Positions 38,021 through 49,322 of a stretch of 64,000 nt of DNA are shown here, one piece after another. Position numbers and translations under genes: made by a program. Every line of letters starts with the position of its first letter. Within the stretch, counting starts at the first letter, position 1. The notes below the pieces were generated by a model. It was not told the DNA's origin. It did not search any database and was given only the letters and a program-made list of their open reading frames with translations. The DNA is taken from positions 414,963-478,962 of the forward strand of contig MU058781.1 in the NCBI GenBank assembly GCA_013265495.1. Reading direction: 5' to 3'. Source of the stretch: Vicugna vicugna (Eukaryota).

Positions 38021-39309
38021 CGGTTTGATTTTAGTCAAAGAAGTGCCAAAAGAACATCATCTAAGACAAAAATCTTAGTGATTATGTATTTTAAGAATTT
38101 AACGTGATACATTCAACATGAAAGTTTTGAATAACGTATGAAATTCTGTGAATGTGAGCATTAAAGTCAACACAGGGCGGACACCAATAAAGGGGAAATT
38201 ACAATCCCATGGGTAACTGTTTTCTTTATATCTATAACATGACTTCTGAAAATAATTCCAACCCTTTCAATTACCAAAGACAGTCAGAAACATTCTCCCC
38301 AGAAACATATTCGAGTATGACAGTCACCAAAAACGACCATCTAAGTCATTGTATCTCACAGTCAAATTGCAATTTTGAGGAATGATCAGACTGCAGAAGT
38401 GAGTTTCATTTACCTGGAGACACGCTGGCTCATTTGCCCAGAAACAGCCATGTTATGCAATGGTGTGCCAAGGGAATTAATAACTGATGGATGATCAGAC
38501 CTGCTCAAAGTGGTGGTAATCATTTGCTACTTAAACCACCACTTTTTGGCAAATAAAAAGCCTTTGCTGGTGCCAAATCTGTAATTACTTTACTTAACGG
38601 TGATGACATGTGTGCCTGTTCTGTAAGATCCCATACTAATGCTTCTGTTGTTGGCTAAAAACCACCCAGTACTTGAGATAATAACTTCATTTCTGCATCT
38701 GTCTCTCTGCAGGATGGGGTTTTTAATTCCCTTTTTCCTTTTCATTTCGTTTCGTTTTTTTTTTTTAAGTTAAAAGGCGGCTTTAAATCTTGCCTTTTTT
38801 TTCCAGAGGGCTTTGTTTGAACAACATGATAATCTCTTAAACATAATTTTTAAAGATTACTTATGTCTCCACATGATTATCTTACATAATGACCTTGAAA
38901 TGACATTCTTCTGCTATATAAATATTAATGTGTGTACATACGTGTATTTCTGTGACCAAATGTTATGCTGATAGAAACCAAGACAAGGTTCCCCTCAAGT
39001 GACTTTACCACTTCCTGGTAGTGAGAGTTTCAATTTCAGGCCACTAATTTAGGGCAACCAACCAACAGTGGTGCCCTAATGTGCTGAGTGAACAGAAAGC
39101 TCATCAGAGTCTGCGTGCCTAAATTACAGCGAAGGAGTGATGCAGACCGTGGAGAGAATAAATCTAAATGTGTGGAATCTCACTGGAAGTTTTCTACTAA
39201 GAGAGGGAAATGTTCTGGCAAATTTCCTTAAAAAGCACAAGAAAATATTTTCTGTCTGATGAAAGGTTTCATTCTAAAATATTTTCCTCAGTTACTTTTT
39301 AATTGGAGT

Positions 39310-41460
39310 AAAAATACTTTGTTGGATCTTAATATAGCCACTGCAGTTTCTTTTAGCTGGTGTTTGCACAGTATATACATATTTTTTCCCAATACTTTTC
39401 ATGTTAAACTCATCTGTGTCTTTATATGTAAAGGGTGTTGCTTTTAATTATGCAGCTTTCTTAGAGTACACTTCTAACCATTCCGATAATCTTTGCCTTT
39501 TAAAAGGGATGTTTAGGCCATTTATATTTAATTCAATAATCAGTATGATTGGGTTTCAATCTGACAATTGCTATTTTTTTTGTAAGTGTCCTATTTGTCC
39601 TTTTTTCCTCATGTAGCTTTTTACTGCCTTATTTTCAAATAATTGAGTACTATTTTATGATTCATTTTATGTCTGTTATTGAATAAATACCACTACTGCT
39701 TATGTCCATGTGCTTGCTCTGATATTTCAACATACATCTTTTAAATGATCACAATCTATCTTCAGCTAACCTCATGCCACTTCACATACGGTGCAAAAAC
39801 ACACAACACACTTCTGCTCCTCCTGCCTCCTGTTCTTTGTGCTGTTATTGCCAGGAAATTTAAATCTGCTCACTATAAACTTTAATCATTCTTTAAGTAG
39901 TCAATTGTCTTTTAAAGAGAATAATCGAGTAGTATACAATTCAGATTTCTTCAAATATTTACTATTTTCTGCTTTCTTTATATTTTTAGATCCAAATGTC
40001 CACCTGATTATTTTCTTTCTCCTGGAAGAAGTTTATTCAATGTTTATCGGAGCATAGGTACACTGTTGATTAATTTTCTTAGTTTTTGTGTGTGTGTGTG
40101 TGTCAATAATTCTTTATTTCATCTTTATTTTTGAATGTTATTTTCTCTGGGTACAGACGTCACAGTAAAACAAGTATTTTTGGTTATAGATGTGTTATTT
40201 TTCCACTATTGGTGCTTAGAAGTTGTCATTCTATTGCTTTATCTTTGCATAGTGTCTGATGAGAAGCCTGACTTCATTCTAATCTTTGTTCCTCTGTATG
40301 ATGGTTCTTTTTCTCCTTATCATTGGTTTTCAGAGTCTGATTATAATATCTCTCCATGTGGTTTTTCTTAGATTCTTCTTTTTGGAGCTCCTTTAACTTC
40401 TTTAGTATATTGGTTTAAAGTTTTTATATAATTTAGAGAATTTTATTTCCTCAATATTTTTTGTTCTCTCCCTTCTCCATTCCTTCCTAATAGAACCCCA
40501 CCAGTCCCTGGTGTTCTGTTTATTTTTTTAAGACTTTTTTGCCCCTGTTCTTCATTTTGGATACCTTATATTACAGTGTCTTTAACTGCCTTGATCTTTT
40601 CTGCAATGTATAATCAATCTGCTGTTAGTCCCATATAGTGTGTTTTTCATTTCAGATAGTATCTTTCAATCTCCAGAACTTTCATGTGGGCTTTTAAAAA
40701 TATCTTCTTTGTATGTCCTCATATAATCATGTCTTTCCAGACCTTCTTGGCTCTATGGTGCATTTTGTTGTGTGATTGTCTTTGTCTTCCCATTCCAACA
40801 TCTACCATTTCTAAGCGTGTTTCTATTAATTAATTTTTCTCCTGCTATGGAATCATACTTCCCGGCTTCTTTGAATGCTAGTGAGTTTTTGATTGGATGC
40901 CAGACATTATGAATATTACATTGTTTCATGCTTGACTTTGTTGCATTCCTTTAAATAGTGTTGAAGTTTGTTCTTGCATATAGTTAATTACTTGGAGTCA
41001 GCTGGATTTTTAGTGTGGTCCAGGACAGCCTTAAGTCTAGGACTGATTCAGTTCCAATATTAAGGTGAAGACATGTGGAGAACACTACCTGATGCTCCTT
41101 ATACTTAATTATCTGTCCATTCTGCCTTGTAGGAACATCAAGTGTTCCCATTCTTCTATCAGTTTCAGAAATTTTCCATCCTAGTGATTTCTGATGGTTC
41201 TTTTTACCCATCTTTGGGTAGTTTTTTTTCAAACATGTTCTGTTTAGTACTCAGTTAAAGACCTGAGAGAATCCCTATGAGAGAGATCTTCAAAACTCTG
41301 TCTGCAGCACCTTCTTCTTCAGTATTTTGTCATACAGAGCTCAGCTTCCTTGGCCTCCCCAAATTCTGATCTGTCTCCTGAATTCGGCAAGATTCCTGGC
41401 CTCCAGTTCATTCTCCCCTTCCTGCATTATATCCTATAACCTGTACCAAGGCAGTACCCT
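39310..41460 (-). mobile_element. Old L1 (L1ME/L1MC-like) ORF1 and 5' region
   Basis: aatatagccactgcagtttcttttag...tgtttaggccatttatatttaa...ttgcatagtgtctgatgagaagcctg...gattggatgccagacattatgaat. Confidence 0.75.
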
Positions 41461-43244
41461 TTTAAAATGCTTTAATTCAGAGAAACGTTTAAAGAAACAT
41501 AAAAGCTAGTCACTATTCAAGGATCTTTGCATTGACTTAAATTGTTACTAGTCACTTACTCCAATACATGCCCTGAGATGGGATGTGCTACTTAAGTTGC
41601 CCTCAAGTTTGCCTCTTTTATTATATAAGGGATGACACAAAATAGAGCCAGAAAAATGAGTTTCACACATTCAAATGGCTACAGAGAGTACAAAGGGGTA
41701 ACATGGTCACATAACTTGGGGAAATTGGGCAGACTTTAAGGAAAGTGTTCTTATTGAAATAGACCTTAAAGATGGAGGGATAACATTTCAATAAAAGGCA
41801 TGAACAACGAAGGAACATATTCCAAGTTCATGGAACACAAAGGCCAAATATATAGGACAATGAAATAAGAGGATATATTTGGAAAATAGAGAGTGGTCTA
41901 GATTTTTGAAAAATAGTTGAAACTGTGGGAAAGCAGTAGCAGTGATCTTTTTATTCTTTATTCCTAAAATCTCTCCTTAAAAATACAAGTCAACATTACT
42001 TATGTAAACCAAAGTGAATTATTTCCTAGTTGTTTTATGGATAAAAGTAAATCTTACATTTCCAACTGAGACTGAGCTGTTTAATGGCCAGGTCTAGATG
42101 ACACCTGGAAAGTTTCCTTTTCATTCCATACTGTGTTAAACAGAGTGACAAACTAATCAGTTTCTTGACTGGTCAACAGTACAGATTGTTGAACATAACC
42201 CTACTTGGCTATATTGTATTTTAATTGTGTTTTTATTATTTGTTTCTAGCTATTACTGGGTTAAAACTTGGTTCAGCTATGAAGATCATATTTTGCTGAG
42301 AGTTTCAGAACTTACACAAGGGCAAAAATAATGCCTTTTGGCTTCCTCCCCCCAAAACTGTAGGCCATGCTTTCTTTTGACTTTTTTATATACTATATAC
42401 TAACATGCTCTCTGAGACACAGAGGAAATCCTGATGGACTTTTATGACATCCTTGTCTTTGATAACCTCCTTTCTGGTCCACTGTGAACTAAATGAAGAT
42501 AAAATATCCCAGATGTAGCTGCTAGAACAAGAGAGGTATCTGTAAAGCTCTTAACGCATGTGAATGACCCTTTGGTAAATCCCTTTAAGCTTTTCCCCAG
42601 ATTCATCTTTCTTCCTTTCACACACTCCCTTTAATCTTATTAGATCTAATTCTAACATTCACAACAAGCTCCATACACTGGTTATATCACTGAAGCAAAG
42701 AAGTGATTCCTGCATTTGAACTATTCAGGGAATCCCTATGGTTTATTTGTCTGTTTGCTTTGCTTTATTTTGTTTTGTCTTACAGCCTCAAGGCTTACGC
42801 CTTAGGGCTTTCTCCATAGTTAAATGCCTTCCTTTATACTTCAATGGTGCAATTGCTTTAGGACCCAACCTGGAAATCAGGATGAGGACTGACAAAGGTT
42901 TTTACCCATGCCAGGAAATTCAGTGGAGAACTAAGGCAAAGAATAATATTTTCGGACTGTCCTTGTAGACTTTCGGCAGTGATTAATTTCACTAGCCAAG
43001 TAGCAGTTTAATTGTATCTCTTCTCTCATCTGTGTAGACTCCCAGCCAAGTCATGTCATCTGTGTTTTACTTCCAGTTTTATGTATTTTTAAGGGAATGA
43101 TGAAAAACTCCCCACCCTCTTCTTGGCAAAGAGCTCTGAGCGGCTCAGAACAAAGGAGCAAAGAAACTATACTTGATGTTTTTATTGACATGCACGCACA
43201 TGCGAAACTTTGACTTACAATGCGTTCATACTCATTTGTGAAAA

Positions 43245-43257
43245 AGGTGAGTCACCT
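43245..43257. promoter_or_regulatory. AP-1 site within an extended palindrome
   Basis: AGGTGAGTCACCT, with TGAGTCA core at 43248-43254. Confidence 0.3.
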
Positions 43258-44029
43258 GTGTCTGCGATCGTCACATGTAAGTTATTTATTTCTCCAGCCT
43301 TCTCCCCATCTGGCTTATTCTGTAATGGAAAAGACATGTTTTAAATGACTTAGCTAGACGTTTTATCTGTTTAAAGTGTTGATCCTTTTCTTAGGCACAG
43401 CACCTGCCATTGCTTTGCTATTGTTTATGTTGTCTGGAATTTTATCAGAGGGTGTAAGACAGAGAATTCTGTGAGGTAGCGTGCATCTAAGTTTGAGACT
43501 GTACATTGCTGTGTGCCTTAGAATTAAGGTCAGCTGAGAGCTATTGGTAAAGGCCACAAAGAAGGGAGATAATGATTTATTATAGATTTGTAGATCTACA
43601 CTAAAAGAGAGCTTGCCCAAAATGTTTGAGACAGTGATAGCATAATCCTAGATTTTTAGGAATCTTAGTGCAAAACTTTACAAAATAATCTCAAAGAATA
43701 AAGCTAATCCTGGTAACCCTCCTTGCAAAACAAAACAGCTTTGAGCGAGAGTGTTTGCTCTTGCTTTGGCTCTTTAGAACCTTTCTAAAACATGCCTTTG
43801 AATTAAAATAATACTCTGTAGTATTGTTTAATTTTGATTTCCCTAGATTTTGTGACAGTTTTGGCAATGTGACAGAGTTGAACAGAGTTTGAGGAGGGAT
43901 TTAATTTGACTTAGGAAAAACTCTGTACTCTATTGTACAAATAAATAAGTAGCTAGTGTTGGTAAGTAAAATAATATATATTAAACACATAGAAATAAAC
44001 ATAAAAAGTAAAAATATTATTACAAATTA

Positions 44030-44178
44030 GATTCATTCATTCATTTATTACCTACTATTTTCTAGGTGCTATTAAAGACTCTGAGGATACAGGGTTGAAC
44101 AAAAGATATATTTCCTGCCCTCATGAAGTTAACATCCTACTTAAAGAAGTGAAGCACTAAAAAACCTGGTGTATATAC

Positions 44179-44217
<39 letters not shown>

Positions 44218-44720
44218 GGTAGCAGGAAGTGACAAGGGACAAAGTAGTGTGCAGGGGATGGAGGCGGGCAGGTGGCTCAGGGAAGGCTACCTAAGGAGAT
44301 GAATTTTAGTGGTGACTCAGTGAAGGGAGTAAAAAAGCCACCTTAATATCTAGGGGAAGAAGTTCCCATGCAGAGACCCCAGCGAGTGAAGATGCCCTGG
44401 GAAGAGGAGGGGCCTGTGTGAGGGGCAGCAAAAAGGGCAGTGAGGCGGGTGCGCCATGAACCATGGAGCTGGTTCATGATGAGCTGCGATGAGAGAGGAG
44501 AGAGGAGAGGAGGCCAAGGCAGCTCAGGAAGAGCCCCGTAGTCCACGGACAAGATGAGTAGATTCACTGATAGTGTAGAGTTGAGAGGAGGAAAGCAAGG
44601 AGACTTACTTGGTTTTAAAAGAATTAATATGGTGGTTGGTTGGAAAATAGACTTGTGCTTGGGAGACAGGAGTAGAAACAGGAAGACCTACCAGGAAGCT
44701 ATTGCTCATATATTTCAGAT
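44030..44720 (-). mobile_element. L2 element
   Basis: attcattcattcatttattacctactattttctaggtgct...gatacagggttgaacaaaag...cctgccctcatgaagtt. Confidence 0.75.
44179..44216. repeat. (CA)14(TA)5 compound microsatellite
   Basis: Direct reading. Confidence 0.95.
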
Positions 44721-44759
44721 GTGGATGACCCTGAAAACATGTAGCAGGATAACCCTGAA

Positions 44760-44908
44760 GGGGGAGGGTATAGCGCAAGTGGTAGAGTACATGCTTAGCA
44801 TGCACGGGGTCCTGGGTTCAATCCCCAGGACCTCCTCTAAAAATAAATAAACTTAATTACCTCCCCTACCCCCCCCCACCAAAATAAAATAATTAAACAA
44901 TACAATAA
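44760..44908 (+). mobile_element. Camelid vic-1-type SINE (best-preserved copy)
   Basis: ggggagggtatagcgcaagtggtagagtacatgcttagcatgcacggggtcctgggttcaatccccagg with Pol III A/B boxes. TSD core CAGGATAACCCTG at 44745-44757 and 44912-44924. Confidence 0.93.
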
Positions 44909-45501
44909 TAACAGGATAACCCTGGATATTTTACTAAACATCAGCGTCTGGGGTCATATCCTATAATAAAACCCATTAAGATGGGATCATGGAAAGGATG
45001 AACTTCTTTGTTGAGTACATGAAACTTCTTAATATGCATGTGTATTTACATACAGAAATAGCTGTTATGTCTGAGTTAAATGCTAAACCGACAGTATAAA
45101 TGCCTTTGAAACACACACATATGACATTACTATTTCTACAGTGAAATGTATGAATGGTCTTATTCAGTGAGGGTGAAAATGGAACATAAATGGTCTCATG
45201 TCAGTTTAGGTCAAGTTTTACCACCAAATGAATAATAAGAGAGAGGTACTCTAGATTTCCAGAGATTTGGGGACTTTAAAATTTCAGATCTGCCACAGAG
45301 GGACGTGTATAATAACTGTTAAATCTATTTATATGGAGTCACTGTAAATACTGTTCATAAATCACTAGCACCGTACACATATAAGGTAGCCTTTCATCCG
45401 AAAGGATTATCTGAACGCATACTCCAACTGACCAGAAGACTAAGCAAAATTAAAAACAATACAATAAATGAATATATCTATAAAAAGGAACTTGCAGGTC
45501 T

Positions 45502-46035
45502 TCATGGGCAACGGAACATGCCACCCCAGAATATGCTACTACGGGTATTTTGGCTGAAGGCACTTGGGAAAAACAGCAAATGCAGGGAGAAGCTTTCTTT
45601 GAATTCTCATCTGCCTTGAAAAAAGTCCTCCAAAAAAACTCAATCATCACAGTAAACCTCCCCAGGAGTTTGATCAACCATGGAAGATTGATTTTTGTCA
45701 CAGGAGAGGAGACCACACGTCCACATCACACTGAGACACACTGTCACAAATGTTCACACCTTCTGTCTGTTCCTGGGAGGGCCCATCCATCTCTCCTAAA
45801 AATCATTCACTCTCCACTACGAAGCCTACATCCCCTATTAAGATGGTATTTAAGCCTGAATTTTAAGCCACCTCAGGGAGTTACTAATTTTCCCCAGGGT
45901 GTTTTCCACGTAAATATGAGATACATATGTTAATAAACACCTCTTTGTTTTTCTCTTGTTAATCTGTCTTTTATTACAGGGGTCTCAGTGAAGAACTCAG
46001 AAGGGTAAAGGGAAAATTACTTTTTCTTCCCTACA
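45502..46035 (+). mobile_element. ERV1 solo LTR, MER34/MER39-like
   Basis: gaacatgccaccccagaatatgctact...ggctgaaggcacttg...ttaataaac...gttaatctgtcttttattacaggggtctcag...ttccctaca. Confidence 0.85.
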
Positions 46036-46289
46036 AACCTAGAAATTTGGTTAGATCATTCAGTTTTCCATTTGTCCTGAAGCGCAGAGGTTAAGCTTAG
46101 TCCATTAGACTTTTCCTTTCCCAATACCAGGATCTGGGGCTCTCAGCCTGTATCCTTGCATCATTTCCACTTGCACGTTTGGTAACCAATTTATGAGAGA
46201 CTTCAGAAGGCGGGGGAAGCTGTGGGTTTCAGTCAACATGGGAGGGGATTTTTCAGTATAAAGACTCTGGAAATCCCTTAAATATTACA

Positions 46290-46525
46290 TCGGGTAGGTT
46301 CTTGCTTCGTGTGCGTGGCAGAGGAGGGCATAACGTGGCTCATCTCTGAAAGCTTCGTCCAGTGTAGAGCTGACTCCCCGCTCCCCCCACCATAACAGCC
46401 ACGGTTGCCTAAGGAGCCACGGAAACACGCGGGGCTGAGAAGGCGCCACTCTTCTTCAGAGTAACAAGGACCCAGATGTTTGGATCACGGTTCCTGATGG
46501 CGGAAGCCCCAGAGTTAGTGAGTAG
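46290..46525 (+). promoter_or_regulatory. Weak CpG-enriched promoter-like segment with RFX X-box-like half sites
   Basis: Local CpG excess; GTTGCC (46404-46409) and CCACGGAAAC (46417-46426); possible donor GTGAGT near 46518. Confidence 0.22.
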
Positions 46526-49300
46526 GACTGAGCAGTCTGTTTATGTAAAACTAGGACCACTTACCAGTCAATTTTGCTAACAAAATTTAACCAGACCAAA
46601 GTAAGCCAAACAAGCCAAATGAAAATTCTGTTTTGAATATTTAAAATGTAAATACAGTTTTTAGTTGGATTTTTGAACTATCGTTTGTTGGTATCCTGCA
46701 GTCCGGAGCAGCCTAAAATCCTACATTTCACCCATTTAAACAGTAACTTCCCAGTTCAAAATGAACAGTCTGCATGATCAGTGCTCACCTTTAGCCTGTA
46801 GCTCAGCATCGTATATCTTATTTCACACATGATTCAAACTCTCCTGATGGAAACACACCAATTTAAACACGATTGTATAATTATTTTGAAATATCGTCTT
46901 TAAAAATCTACCCTTTGAAAGTAGTTCCATAAGCCCTCTCTTTTTGGTTCAGAATGAAGTATGGCTAGTGTTTACCAAACCGTTTCTGTGTCTATGTATC
47001 TGTATGTGTGGTTAGCGCTGCTGATCTATTTCACAATTTTTTTCTGACTTGTTAGCACTTAGAGCTTCTCCAAATGTTATCTCTCTCTTCTTTTTCTTCT
47101 TTTGGAATGCTTTTAATTACAAGAACTTTAACAAGGCATCTGAAGTCTTTCAAGTTGGTTTCCTCACCTATATAAAAAATGCCATGGGTGTGGAAAGTAA
47201 TTTATTGCCAACACAGTCACCGTCCAGAAAAGAAACATTTATATTCCAATTCCACATTGCACCGCCTTCTCTCTGTTGGCTGTAGACCAAAACTGTTGTA
47301 GTGCTACGTTAATTTTTCAGTATCCTCGTGGTGAATTTGTTCTGGAAAGACATTTCTCTGAAATTAAAGAGTAGGAAGAGCTAATTCTCTTTGAAGGAGG
47401 CAGAGAATCGTAAAATAGATCCATTGTTCATTTCTCTATAAAAAAAAAGAATACTTTGGATGCAACTGGGAAATGATCTGACCTTTCACATGCAAAAAGA
47501 GCCAAGGACAACAGACAGGGAAACAGAAAGAGAAGGGAAAAGGAAACTGTGTCTCGAGTTGAAAGACTGCTTTTGTTTTCATCCCCTAGACCACTATGAG
47601 GGAAGGTTATAAGAGTATGAACTTGCATGTTTTGCCATACTTGCTTTGCATTCGTCCAGAGAATTTGTGCAGACCCATACGCTTCTTTGGATGACTCATA
47701 CCAGTTAGTGTAGATGGAATTTCACCAGCTAGGTACAAATACACCCACGACGCATCACTAACGAGAAACTAGTTTTCTGTAGTCAATATTGACTTTATAA
47801 GTTTACTCCACGTTGCTTGAGACAAAGAGCAAAAGGAAGAAGGAGGAGGAGGAGGAGAAGGAGAAAAGAAGGAAATAAACATCTCACTATGCTATTTGAC
47901 ACTGGATCCGGCAGGGAAGCTTCTGTAGTTTTTAGTTTGTAAATCAATGCTTTTTCTTTTTTCTTCTTAAAGTAGAGTTTGAGTTAGTTTTCTGCCACTT
48001 GCAAAAGAAAAGGAACTATCACTCCACTGAGAAAAATTCTGCTCTAGATAAAGAAAGTCAATTTCAAACCACATTTTGTAAAGTCGGGTACATGCCTCAT
48101 GGAAGTAGTCAACTTCTTCCAATGCTGAGTCCCAGTCCTTGAATGTGGATACATAGTTCTACAGGGCAAGGGAGGGTGATAACTTACTGAGAACAGTAAG
48201 CCAGGACGGAGCCACCGGATGACTGCCTACGCAGACACCACAGTGCTTCTTTAAATATATGATTCGAGAACTTACATCTTATCAATTGTCTACTTTTTTG
48301 AGGATTCCTATTGTAGGTCTGTTTTCACTAGGGTTATTGTAGAAGCGCTTGACTTCAATCAACACGATACTCTCTTAGAATAGAAAAGAGATCAGGCTTA
48401 TTTCTCCAATATACGTCACACATTTAAAGCATATTTAAGGAGATGACAGCCTTTTGGCCCTTGTGCCTTCAGGGATGTGTTATATATACATTTGGAGGGA
48501 CATAATAGAAACACCTGTCTAGATAGCTGAGATTCAAATCTGATATATGGACCCCACCTTCCCCACACCCAAATCCAACTAACATTCCAGATTAGGAGGT
48601 ATTGTATGTGTGGAAGGAAAGTCACCAAAGGTTCCTATAGCTTACTATAAATCCACATTTCTGGGCTTATTCTCCTGGTATAAAACACATATGGCAGAAG
48701 CCAAAGTACCTGACTATATGGCAGAAGATGAGAGATAAAGTCAGGGCCCAGGTTTATTTTGAATAGTTGAAAGGCTTAACATTCATCTCATGGTCTGGAA
48801 GGAAGCCACATGCAGAGGGCAAAATCCCGTGGCCAGTGTTTCCCACAGTGAGGAAGTCTGCCAATGGTTTGGTTGTGACTTATCAAAGAGTATTTTCTTC
48901 TCTGGCTAAGGGAAACCACATACGAGCTTTCGTTTTCATGAAATGAGTTGGATTTTGATAAGCTTATTTTAGTTATAGATTCAAAATTCCATCTTTTAGC
49001 ATTTATTATGTTGATTACAGTGAATCTGGTTCTTTTTTCCATGGTTCCCCTATGATCTGCCTATTCTAACTCCAGGTTTACGGACATGTATTTATACGCT
49101 TCTTTGACTGATCCAAGAGATCCTATCAAAAGTGTACGAAACATAAACTGTTGAACCTAAATCTAGATTAACTTATCTAAAAAAAGGTCATTTTGTTTTG
49201 GTCATGGTAAGCCCCATTCAGTATTATTTTTGAAAGAGTCAGAAAATGTTTTGAAGCATATGAAATATGTTAGTGATGGTACTCAAAACAGAGTACCACA

Positions 49301-49322
49301 GTGTGTGTGTGTGTGTGTGTGT
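49301..49322. repeat. (GT)11 microsatellite
   Basis: Direct reading. Confidence 0.95.

Noticed and set aside
44760..44835. Apparent tRNA-Ala gene (also at 600 and 3416)
   Set aside because: A-rich tail, shared 3' motif, TSDs and no oligo-T terminator show these are SINEs.
45550..45933. 127-aa ORF
   Set aside because: Entirely inside the MER34-like LTR.
48689..48727. Direct repeat ATATGGCAGAAG twice
   Set aside because: Simple short local duplication with no further structure.
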